Source: Polyangiales bacterium | GTDB lineage: Bacteria; Myxococcota_A; Polyangia; Polyangiales; Polyangiaceae | Direction of reading: 5' to 3' | DNA length: 17,217 bases | Assembly: GCA_038231275.1 (NCBI GenBank) | Contig: JBBRLQ010000062.1 | Location: forward strand, 1 to 17,217 | In this document: positions 1 through 7,791 of the stretch, one piece after another | Position numbering within the stretch: the stretch's first letter is position 1 | Layout of the letters: every line of letters begins with the position of its first letter | Program-made: the position numbers and the translations under genes | Notes under the pieces: generated by a model | What the model was told of the DNA's origin: nothing | The model's database searches: none | The model's input: the letters and a program-made list of their open reading frames with translations, nothing else

Positions 1-42
1 GGTTGGGGCGGCGGCGGCGGTGGTTGGGGCGGCGGCGGCGGC
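1..42 (+). repeat. 21-bp tandem repeat encoding GWGGGGG x2
   Basis: GGTTGGGGCGGCGGCGGCGGT (1-21) and GGTTGGGGCGGCGGCGGCGGC (22-42). Confidence 0.7.
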
Positions 43-111
43 AGCTGCGAAGATCAATGGTGGGACGATCCGAACTTTGACGTCTTCGCATGCGAAGAAG
101 CCGCCTACTGA
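1..111 (+). CDS. 3' end of a Gly/Trp-rich hypothetical protein (partial, begins before window)
   Basis: Frame +1 is open from base 1: GWGGGGGGWGGGGGSCEDQWWDDPNFDVFACEEAAY, then TGA at 109-111. Third codon positions are mostly G/C. It overlaps the protease start by 22 nt and is not in the ORF track. Confidence 0.65.
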   Translation, partial: GWGGGGGGWGGGGGSCEDQWWDDPNFDVFACEEAAY

Positions 112-1070
112 GGTCCGCCGCGTTCGGTACCGTCGTCGCGCTCTCGTGCGCGTGCAGCGGTGCCGACGCACCGACGGAATCGATCGGCGAGTCCCAGTCG
201 CCGATCGAGCACCCCGAGGCGGAGAACCGCTCGACGGCGACGGTCGCGCTGTCCTGGCAAGGACGAATCGGATGCAGCGGGACGTTGCTCGGTCCCGATA
301 CCGTGCTGACCGCGGGCCACTGCATCCATCGCTCTCTGCCCGATGCCGTCCAACGAGTCGACGGCACGACATGGAGCGTCGCGCGGGCGACCGTGCACCC
401 GGCGTTCGACGCGACGACGCTGGCGCACGACGTCGCGATCGTTCGACTGACGGCGCACGCCCCGCCGCCGTACGCCACGTTGAGCCCGTCGCGAGACCTC
501 ACAGCGGGAACCCTCCTGACCGTGGCGGGCGTCGCTGCGCCGCGCGCGCGGGGCACGTACGGAAACTATGAGGGTACCGCGGAGGTGCGTTCGCTCGACG
601 ACGCTCGCCTCACACTTTCTCCAGCACCGACCACCCCGTGCGGCGGCGATTCTGGTGGGAGCGTCTTCTTGCGCGATGATGCGCCGTGGCGCCTCGTCGC
701 GGTGATCTCGGCGGGCGACGTCGACTGCAGTCGCGTCTCCTTCGCTACGCGCGTCGACGCAGAGACGCCGTTCATAGAGGGTGCTCGCGCCGATTTGCGC
801 CCGGTCGGAGGCTGCATCGCAGCGGGAACGAACGGGTCGAGCTCGGTTCCGAGTGCGACCATCTTCCTCGCGCTTGCGACGCTACTCGTCGCGGTGAGAA
901 TCTGCCGGCGTCTACGGCACGAGGATGCGGCCCGGGGCGCCCTTATCGCCGTTCTGCGAGTGGCATGCGTTGCAGTCGCCGTTCGTCTGCGGCGCGACCA
1001 TCACGCGATCCTTGCCGTTGCGCGTCACCTTCGCGGTGTACGGCGTCGGGATCGCGCCGAAGCCGAATAG
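90..1070 (+). CDS. Secreted/lipoprotein trypsin-like (S1) serine protease with MYXO-CTERM-like C-terminal anchor
   Basis: Catalytic triad motifs VLTAGHC, HDVAIVRL and CGGDSGG. N-terminal signal with lipobox-like ALSCAC. C-terminal GGC...P-hydrophobic helix-RICRRLR. Confidence 0.9.
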   Translation: MRRSRLLRSAAFGTVVALSCACSGADAPTESIGESQSPIEHPEAENRSTATVALSWQGRIGCSGTLLGPDTVLTAGHCIHRSLPDAVQRVDGTTWSVARATVHPAFDATTLAHDVAIVRLTAHAPPPYATLSPSRDLTAGTLLTVAGVAAPRARGTYGNYEGTAEVRSLDDARLTLSPAPTTPCGGDSGGSVFLRDDAPWRLVAVISAGDVDCSRVSFATRVDAETPFIEGARADLRPVGGCIAAGTNGSSSVPSATIFLALATLLVAVRICRRLRHEDAARGALIAVLRVACVAVAVRLRRDHHAILAVARHLRGVRRRDRAEAE

Positions 1071-1603
1071 CGAGTTGTGCGAGAAGTTGCCGGAGGCCGT
1101 CGTCGTGAAGGTGACGTCCTTGCCGTCCTTGCCGGTGATCGTCACGACGACGCCGGCGAGGCCGTCGCAACGGTCGGGCTCGTGCCCCGTCGGGTACACG
1201 GTGCCGCCGATGTCGAAGTCGCCGTCGCCGCGCCGCCGACCTTGTGGCACGTGAGGCAGGACTTGCCAGGCTCCATGTCGGCGTTGTTGCCGGTCGTGTA
1301 ATTCGTTCCGCTCGTGCAGACGGGCGGTCCGTTGAAGTCACCGCCCGCGTCGACCCGAACGCCGCCGTCGGTGCCGCCGCTCGTGCTTCCGGACGAGCCC
1401 GAGGACGTCCCGCCGGTGGAGCCCGACGACACGCCGCCGCCCGACGTGCCCGACGACGCCCCGCTGCCCGACGTGCCCGAGCTCCCACTGCCCGCGTCGC
1501 CACCCGCGAAATCCGGCGCGTTGCCGCCAGAGGACGAGTCGACGCCAGTGCCGCAGCCCAAGCCGCAGAAGAGGACGACGCCGAGAACGACGTGATGCCT
1601 CAA
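912..1603 (-). pseudogene. Putative diheme c-type cytochrome lipoprotein (~230 aa if repaired), interrupted by an apparent 1-nt deletion at ~1221-1240 (pseudogene or sequencing error)
   Basis: TTG at 1603 overlaps the nuoI stop (TTGA). The 5' part (tail of track ORF 1142..3964) has signal RHHVVLGVVLFCGLGC, a Ser/Gly linker and MEPGKSCLTCH. The 3' part (track ORF 912..1250) has FDIGGTVYPTGHEPDRC...GDCNACH...PGRILVP and TAG at 912-914. The frames differ by -1. Confidence 0.75.
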
Positions 1604-2259
1604 TGTCCTTGTTCCCTCGAGAGGCCCGGATGCGTCGGATCGCCCGGCTCGTGGCGAGGGTTGGCGGTGGCGAACGTGCCGTCGCGTCCCGGGAACGAGA
1701 TGAGCAGATCCTTCTCGTAGATGAACTGGTCGCGCGTATCGTACGGCGCCGCGTGCGCGCCGGTGTCCATGCGAATCGCGTCGCATGGGCACGCTTCTAC
1801 GCAATAGCCGCAGAAGATGCAGCGCAGCTCGTCGATGACGAACTTCACCGGGTAGCGCTCGTAGCCGCGGTGCTCGTCCCCCTCCGGGTACTCGCCCGCC
1901 TCGATATGGATGCACTGGGCCGGGCAGGCCGTCGAGCAGCAGAGGCACGCCACGCAGCGCACGCTCTTGTCCTCGCGCTGCGTCAGGCGATGGATGCCGC
2001 GGAAGCGATCGGGGTACGGGCGCTTCTGCTCGGGGTACGAGATCGTCGTCACGCCCTCGTCGAGGCGCTCGGTCACCGGATCGGGACGGTCGCCGCGCAT
2101 CATCTCGCGCGTGTTGTGGAAGAAGTGCTTCATCGACACGCCGAGGCCCTTGATGATCTCGGGCAAGAACGACTGCGTCGACATGTTGCGCTCGGCGTAG
2201 AGCACCGGGCGAACCGTCGCCGCCGCGCTGACGGGCTTCTTCGGAAATGCGTTTCCCAT
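1600..2259 (-). CDS. nuoI: NADH-quinone oxidoreductase subunit I
   Basis: TISYPEQKRP..RFRGIHRL and two [4Fe-4S] motifs, CVACLCCSTACP and CIFCGYCVEACP; lies downstream of nuoH. Confidence 0.95.
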   Translation of the reverse strand: MGNAFPKKPVSAAATVRPVLYAERNMSTQSFLPEIIKGLGVSMKHFFHNTREMMRGDRPDPVTERLDEGVTTISYPEQKRPYPDRFRGIHRLTQREDKSVRCVACLCCSTACPAQCIHIEAGEYPEGDEHRGYERYPVKFVIDELRCIFCGYCVEACPCDAIRMDTGAHAAPYDTRDQFIYEKDLLISFPGRDGTFATANPRHEPGDPTHPGLSREQGH

Positions 2260-2268
2260 GGTGCTCTC

Positions 2269-3732
2269 CTACGCCCCCATCTCGCCGGTCTTGGCGCCAC
2301 CTGCAGCGGACGCGATTCGCGCGCTCGTTCCGACGATCCACGGCGCCCGCTTCTTCGTCGAGAAGAACCCGATGATGCCGCGCGCGACGAGGACCGTGAT
2401 GACGATCGCGACGAACGCCTGCGACACGTCGGCCGCGATCTTGAGCCCGCTCTGGATGGTCGCGCCGGCCTGATCGGCGGCGAGGTACAGGATGCCGGTC
2501 GCGAAGATGTTCGCGAGCGAGGCGGGCAAGAGCACGCGCCAGCCGAGCTTCATCAGCTGGTCGTAGCGGAAGCGCGGCAGGCTCCAGCGAATGAACGCTT
2601 GGAGCACGCAGATCGCGAGCGTCTTTCCGAAGAAGGTCACGACCCCGAGGATCGTCATCCAGATGTGCGGCACCCACGTGTGGAACAGCGTGGCCTCGCC
2701 GAACGCGATCGTGATGCCGTCGCGGTGGAAGAACGGCAGCTGCCACCCGCCGAGGAAGATCGTGACGAGGAGCATCGAAGAGGTGACGACCTCCATGTAC
2801 TCCGCGAAATAGAACATCCCGAACTTCATGCCCGAGTACTCCGTGAAGTACCCGCTCACGAGCTCGCTCTCGGCCTCCGGCAAATCGAAGGGGATGCGCT
2901 TGCTCTCGGCGATCGCCGACGTGAAAAAGAGGAAGAACGCGAGCGGCTGCACGAAGATGCCCCACGCGTGATCGCCCTGCCAGCGGACCATGTCGTCGAG
3001 GCGCACGGTGCCGTAGATCATCATCGCGCCGATGAGCGACAGGCCCATCGCGACCTCGTAGCTGACCATCTGGCTCGCGGCGCGGAGGGCGCCCATGAGG
3101 CTGAACTTGTTGTCGCTCGCCCAGCCGGCGATCGCCGCGCCGACGATCCCCTGCCCCGCGATCGCGAACACGTAGAGGAGGCCGACGTTGAGCGGCGCGA
3201 CCATCAGGTCGATCGGGAAGATGCCGTTGCGCACGTCGATGCCGCACACGCCGAGGCGGTTCACGGGCGGCCAGATCGTCGTCGGGGTGACGCCGGCGAT
3301 GGCCTGACCCGCCAGGTTCACGCACGTCTCGCCGACCATCTTGAGCCGCTCGCCGTCGGCCGTCATCGCGCATCCCTTGTGGAGGATGTCGGGGCCGAGG
3401 CACAAAGTGTCGCCGAACGGGATGACGGCGGAGAGCGCGAGCACCGGCGCGAGGCAGAGCATCGGGGCGAGCGCGAAGAGGAGCTTGTCCGCCTTCGGGG
3501 GGATGAAGTCCTCCTTGAAGAAGAACTTCAGCCCGTCGGCCGCCGTGTGGAGGAGGCCTGCGACACGCAGCTCGAATTTCCCGATTTTGAGGACCGCGCG
3601 GTTGGGGCCGACGCGGTCTTGGATCATCCCGCCGCCGCGACGGTCGAACCACGTGAGGAGGGCCGCCACGTTGATGAGGAACCCCACCATGATGAGGATC
3701 TTGACGAAGGTAGAGCCGATGAGCATTCCCAT
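2269..3732 (-). CDS. nuoH: NADH-quinone oxidoreductase subunit H (long variant, 487 aa)
   Basis: QDRVGPNR, ADGLKFFFKED, GWASDNKFSLMGALR..SQMVSYE, RIPFDLPEAESELVSGYFTEYSG, PRFRYDQLMKLGW. Confidence 0.96.
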   Translation of the reverse strand: MGMLIGSTFVKILIMVGFLINVAALLTWFDRRGGGMIQDRVGPNRAVLKIGKFELRVAGLLHTAADGLKFFFKEDFIPPKADKLLFALAPMLCLAPVLALSAVIPFGDTLCLGPDILHKGCAMTADGERLKMVGETCVNLAGQAIAGVTPTTIWPPVNRLGVCGIDVRNGIFPIDLMVAPLNVGLLYVFAIAGQGIVGAAIAGWASDNKFSLMGALRAASQMVSYEVAMGLSLIGAMMIYGTVRLDDMVRWQGDHAWGIFVQPLAFFLFFTSAIAESKRIPFDLPEAESELVSGYFTEYSGMKFGMFYFAEYMEVVTSSMLLVTIFLGGWQLPFFHRDGITIAFGEATLFHTWVPHIWMTILGVVTFFGKTLAICVLQAFIRWSLPRFRYDQLMKLGWRVLLPASLANIFATGILYLAADQAGATIQSGLKIAADVSQAFVAIVITVLVARGIIGFFSTKKRAPWIVGTSARIASAAGGAKTGEMGA

Positions 3733-3738
3733 GGTCGT

Positions 3739-5337
3739 TTATTCCGCCTGCGCAGAGACGTCGGGTTGGGACGGCATTTCGACCGCCAGCAGCCTCGCGC
3801 GGATGTCCTTCAGCTTCGACCACGACGGGACGACGCCGAGCGTCTTGCCGAGCTCGGCGAGGAACTTCCACGCCGGTTGGCTCGAGCCGGCCGGCTCGAT
3901 CGCCTTCTCGGAGATCTGACGGAGGCCCTTCGCGTTGGTGTACGTGCCGCCCGCCTCCGCCCACGACGCGGCGGGGAGGACGACGGCGGCCGCCTTGGTG
4001 AGCGGACCGTCGTGCGCGGAGATCGTGACGAGCCCCTTGAGGTTCCGGAGCTCCGCGAGATCCGTCTCCGGCTCGCCGGGCGTCGCGCCGCCGAGGGCGA
4101 TCGCGTGGGTGACGGCGCCCTTCTTGATGTCGGCGAGCAGATCCGCGAACGGGCGCGCGCTCGGCGCGAGCTGGTTCACGCCGGCCGTGTTCGAGTTCTT
4201 GTCGGCGTTGATGAGGATGTCGTCCCCGGTGCCGGGCGCGCCGCCGGAGCGGTAGAACATGCGCGTCCCGAGCAGCGTGAGCGCGAGCTCCTTCAAGGCC
4301 CAGTTGTCCTCGTTGGAGTAGCGCGCATGGAAGACGATCGCGATCGCTTCACGGGGCACGCCCTCGAAGTGCTGCTTCGCGCTCTCGAGCGCTTTGGCCA
4401 CCGTCGTCGTCTTGCCGGCGATGCGCGGCTCGGTGATGCGACCCTCGTGCGCCCGCTTGTACGAGAGCATCCCGGGATCGCACATCCAGAACTTGTTCAC
4501 CTCCGCGTTCTCTCGCGGGCGGTACCGGTAGACGGCGTTGTTGCGCGGATCGTAGTCAAGCCAGGCGTTGCAGGCGGTCGCGCAGCCCTGGCAGACGCTC
4601 TTCACGCTGCGGAGGAACCACACGCGCGCCTTGAAGCGGAAATCGGTGGCGGTGAGCGCGCCGACCGGACACACGTGCTCGGTCATGAGCGTGTAGTTGC
4701 CGTCGAGCTGGCGGCCCGGCGCGACCATGATCTCGTTCAGGTTGCCGCGCTCGCGCATGTCGAGGACGGGATCCTTCGCGACCTCCTCCATGAAGCGGAT
4801 GCAGCGCGTGCACATGACGCAGCGCTCGGCGTCGTAGACGATGGTGGGCCCGAAGACGACCGCCTTCGGCTTGTGGATCGGCTCGTCGCGCATGCGCTTC
4901 TGCGTCTTCTGGTGCTCGAGCCAGTAGTCCTGGAGCTTGCACTCGCCGGACTGATCGCAGATCGGGCAGTCGACCGGGTGATTCAGGAGCAGGAGCTCTT
5001 GGACCGCTTTGCGCGCGTCGCCGACGTGGCTGCTCGAGTCGCTCAAGACCTCCTGGCCGTCGACCGCCGGGTACTGGCAGGCGGGCTGGAGCTTGGGCTT
5101 CGGCTGATACGTGTACTCTCCACTCTTTGGATCCAGCGACAGTACGTCCAGCTGAATGGGGCGCTGGCCGGCCGGCGGCTTGATCTCGACGAGGCACATG
5201 CGGCAGTTCGCCGGCGCTGACAGGCCCGGGTGCCAGCAGTAGTGCGGGATCTCGACGCCGGCCTTGCGCGCGGCGGCGATGATCGACTCTCCGGGCTCGA
5301 ACGGGATGGGCTTTCCATCAAGCTTGAACGAAGGCAT
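3739..5337 (-). CDS. nuoG: NADH-quinone oxidoreductase subunit G (short, 532 aa)
   Basis: The likely start is ATG 5337 (MPSFKLDG), with a TGATG overlap with nuoD. Fe-S motifs: N1b HYCWHPGL...NCRMC..C, N5 HPVDCPICDQSGEC, N4 CVMCTRC...CPVGAL, N7-type CQGCATAC...WMCD. Confidence 0.92.
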   Translation of the reverse strand: MPSFKLDGKPIPFEPGESIIAAARKAGVEIPHYCWHPGLSAPANCRMCLVEIKPPAGQRPIQLDVLSLDPKSGEYTYQPKPKLQPACQYPAVDGQEVLSDSSSHVGDARKAVQELLLLNHPVDCPICDQSGECKLQDYWLEHQKTQKRMRDEPIHKPKAVVFGPTIVYDAERCVMCTRCIRFMEEVAKDPVLDMRERGNLNEIMVAPGRQLDGNYTLMTEHVCPVGALTATDFRFKARVWFLRSVKSVCQGCATACNAWLDYDPRNNAVYRYRPRENAEVNKFWMCDPGMLSYKRAHEGRITEPRIAGKTTTVAKALESAKQHFEGVPREAIAIVFHARYSNEDNWALKELALTLLGTRMFYRSGGAPGTGDDILINADKNSNTAGVNQLAPSARPFADLLADIKKGAVTHAIALGGATPGEPETDLAELRNLKGLVTISAHDGPLTKAAAVVLPAASWAEAGGTYTNAKGLRQISEKAIEPAGSSQPAWKFLAELGKTLGVVPSWSKLKDIRARLLAVEMPSQPDVSAQAE

Positions 5338-6551
5338 CAGTGGTCGCACTCCCCGCCAATCATGTTCAGAGAACCGAAGGTCGGAATGATGTCGCTGAGC
5401 ATCCTGCCGGTGATGAGCTTTTGCAGGCCGCCGACGATGGGGTAACAAGGAGGACGGATGCGGACGCGGTACGGCGTGCCGGAGCCGTCGCTCACGAGGT
5501 AGAAGCCGAGCTCGCCGTTGCCGCCCTCGGTGTACGAGTAGACCTCGCCCTTGGGGACCTTCGCCCCTTCCATGACCAGCTTGAAGTGCTGAATCGTGGC
5601 CTCGATCGTGGTGTAGACGTCGTGCTTCTCGGGGAGCATGACGCCGGGCGCGTACGCGTTGATCGGGCCGTCGTCCGCCATCTTCTCGATGACCTGCTCG
5701 ATGATGCGCCGGCTCTGGCGGATCTCCTGCAGGCGCACGAGGAAGCGATCGAGGTTGTCGCCGTTGGTGCCGACCGGGACGTCGAACTCGACCTCGTCGT
5801 ACTTGAGGTAGGGGTAGGCGCGGCGCACGTCGTAGGGGACGCCGCTCGCGCGGAGACACGGACCGGTCCACGAGAGCGCGACGGCTTCTTCCCCGCTGAT
5901 CTGTCCGATGCCCTCGAGGCGGTCGAGGAAGATGCGGTTCTTGAGGAGCATCGACTCCCCTTCTTCCATGAGCGTCACGACGCGCTCGAGCGAGCCCTTG
6001 CAGAGCTCCTTGAACGCGTCGGTGGGCGGCGCGGCCATTCCGCCGATGCGGCCGAACGAGTGCGTGAGGCGCGCGCCGGTCTCCTCCTCGAGGATGTCCC
6101 AAATCATGTCGCGCGCTTTGACGAACCACAGAAACGGGGTGAACGCCCCGAGCTCCATCGCCATCGCGCCGGTGCACGTCAGGTGATCGGAGATGCGCGC
6201 GAGCTCGCCGAGCGCCATCCGGTACCACTGGCAGCGCTCGGGGACCTCGATGCCGCACAGCTTCTCGACCGCGAGCGCGTAGCCCACGTTGTTCAGCATC
6301 GGCGACACGTAGTTGAGGCGATCGGCGTACGGGAAGACCTGCGCCCACGTGCCGCGCTCGCACATCTTCTCGAAGCCGCGGTGCAGATAACCGATCTGCA
6401 CGTCGGCCTTCATGATGGTCTCGCCGGACAGCTCGAGGACGCAGCGGACGGTGCCGTGCATCGCCGGGTGCGCCGGGCCCATGTTGAGGTGCATCGGCTC
6501 CGACGGGAGCTCGAGCTCTCCTTCTTCCAGCTCTAGATCGAGGGGCTCCAT
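5337..6551 (-). CDS. nuoD: NADH-quinone oxidoreductase subunit D
   Basis: NMGPAHPAMHG, IGYLHRGFEK, DRLNY, ELARISDHL, GELGFYLVSDG..PYRVRIRPP. Confidence 0.96.
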   Translation of the reverse strand: MEPLDLELEEGELELPSEPMHLNMGPAHPAMHGTVRCVLELSGETIMKADVQIGYLHRGFEKMCERGTWAQVFPYADRLNYVSPMLNNVGYALAVEKLCGIEVPERCQWYRMALGELARISDHLTCTGAMAMELGAFTPFLWFVKARDMIWDILEEETGARLTHSFGRIGGMAAPPTDAFKELCKGSLERVVTLMEEGESMLLKNRIFLDRLEGIGQISGEEAVALSWTGPCLRASGVPYDVRRAYPYLKYDEVEFDVPVGTNGDNLDRFLVRLQEIRQSRRIIEQVIEKMADDGPINAYAPGVMLPEKHDVYTTIEATIQHFKLVMEGAKVPKGEVYSYTEGGNGELGFYLVSDGSGTPYRVRIRPPCYPIVGGLQKLITGRMLSDIIPTFGSLNMIGGECDH

Positions 6552-7195
6552 CAGATCGCTTCCGTCTTGTGCGGGTTCAGCTTGGTGCGCGGGTCTTCCA
6601 CGTCGCGGTCGTAGTCTTCACGCGGGAAGCTCATGCCCTCGTCGTCGCCGAACGGGGCTTGCTTCTCGAGCGGGACGCCGGCCTCTTCTTCGGTGCGGTA
6701 CTCGATGAGCGGCTGCGCGCGCTGCGCCGGGTACGTCTTCAGGAGCGGGTGGCCGACGAACTCCGGGTAGAGGAGGATGCGGCGCATGTCGGGGTGGCCG
6801 CGGAAGGTCACGCCGAACATGTCGTACGTCTCGCGCTCGAACCAGTTCGCGCCCGCCCAGATCGACGTGACGCTGTCGATCTCCGCGCCTTCCAGCTCCT
6901 CTTCTTCGCCGCTGCCGACGCGCGCCTTGAGGCGGAGGCGGTGGCGCTTCGAGATCGAGCAGAGGTGGAGGACGATCTCGATGCGCTGCTTCTGCGCGGC
7001 GCGCTCGGGATAGTCCACGCCGCACAAGTCGACGAGGTAGTCGAAGTCGAGCTGCGGGTCTTTGCGGAGGTACTCGCAGATCTCCTTCCACGACTCGGCC
7101 TTCACGAGCGCGGTGTCGTCCCCGCAGTCGCTGTGCGTCTCCAGCACGGCGTCGCCGAATTTGGCTTGGAGCTTCTCGAGGGCGGCCTTGCTCAT
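6551..7195 (-). CDS. nuoC: NADH-quinone oxidoreductase subunit C (214 aa)
   Basis: Start ATG 7195 (MSKAALEKL), ATGA overlap with nuoB. Motifs DLCGVDYP and ANWFERETYDMFGVTFRGHPDMRRILL...GHPLLK. Confidence 0.94.
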   Translation of the reverse strand: MSKAALEKLQAKFGDAVLETHSDCGDDTALVKAESWKEICEYLRKDPQLDFDYLVDLCGVDYPERAAQKQRIEIVLHLCSISKRHRLRLKARVGSGEEEELEGAEIDSVTSIWAGANWFERETYDMFGVTFRGHPDMRRILLYPEFVGHPLLKTYPAQRAQPLIEYRTEEEAGVPLEKQAPFGDDEGMSFPREDYDRDVEDPRTKLNPHKTEAI

Positions 7196-7791
7196 GCGCT
7201 CTCCTTCGACGCGCGCGCGCGCTTGCCACCCGTGGAGACCACGTCTTGAAGCACGTCGAGGCGACGGCCGGCAGGGAGGAGATCCACCGGATCTTCGCGC
7301 GGCTTCACGCTGCGCGGCGTTCGATCGCCGCTCGCGATCTTGTCCTGGAGGAGCATCAGCCCATCGAGCACGGCCTCGGGCCGCGGCGGGCAGCCGGGCA
7401 CGTAGACGTCGCACTTGATGATTTTGTCGATGCCGGGGACGGTCGTGTAGTTGTCGTAAAATCCGCCGCAGCTCGCGCACGTGCCGAACGCCAGGACCCA
7501 CTTCGGATCCATCATCTGCTCGTAGATGCGGCGCAGGACCGGCGCCTGCCGCTGGCTGATCGTGCCGACCACCCAGAGAAGGTCCGACTGGCGCGGCGAA
7601 AAGCGCGGGGCCTCGGCGCCGAAGCGCGAGAGGTCGAAGCGCGGGCCGGTGAGCGACATGAACTCCATGCCGCAGCACGCGGTCACGAAGGGGTACATGA
7701 AGAGCGAGTATTTGCGCGCCCAGCCGAGCAGATCGTCGAGCCGCGTGGTCGCGAACCCTTGCTCGCTTCCCTCCAAGATGACTTCGCTCAT
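7192..7791 (-). CDS. nuoB: NADH-quinone oxidoreductase subunit B (199 aa)
   Basis: Start ATG 7791 (MSEVILEG), ATGA overlap with nuoA. Motifs TACCGMEF, SPRQSDL, YEQMMDPKWV.AFGTCA, DVYVPGCPPRPEA. Confidence 0.95.
   Translation of the reverse strand: MSEVILEGSEQGFATTRLDDLLGWARKYSLFMYPFVTACCGMEFMSLTGPRFDLSRFGAEAPRFSPRQSDLLWVVGTISQRQAPVLRRIYEQMMDPKWVLAFGTCASCGGFYDNYTTVPGIDKIIKCDVYVPGCPPRPEAVLDGLMLLQDKIASGDRTPRSVKPREDPVDLLPAGRRLDVLQDVVSTGGKRARASKESA

Noticed and set aside
1370..1500. Imperfect repeats (cccgacgtgcccga etc.)
   Set aside because: Explained by the Ser/Gly/Thr low-complexity linker of the cytochrome lipoprotein.
1604..3964. Upstream ~790 codons of the 940-aa minus ORF 1142..3964
   Set aside because: Arg/Pro/Gly-rich off-frame read of nuoG/H/I. 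Only the part from 1603 downward looks like real protein.
1603..5220. 1205-aa plus-strand ORF and other long antisense ORFs (5340..6536, 8627..9637, 10607..11824, 12486..13712)
   Set aside because: Shadow ORFs opposite clear genes. High-GC codon bias removes stops on the antisense strand, and they contain no recognisable motifs.
5337..7791. Possible group 4 [NiFe]-hydrogenase rather than complex I
   Set aside because: The large subunit lacks the two CxxC Ni-binding motifs (only a lone Cys in the terminal GECDH) and has the NuoD quinone-site His/Tyr motifs.
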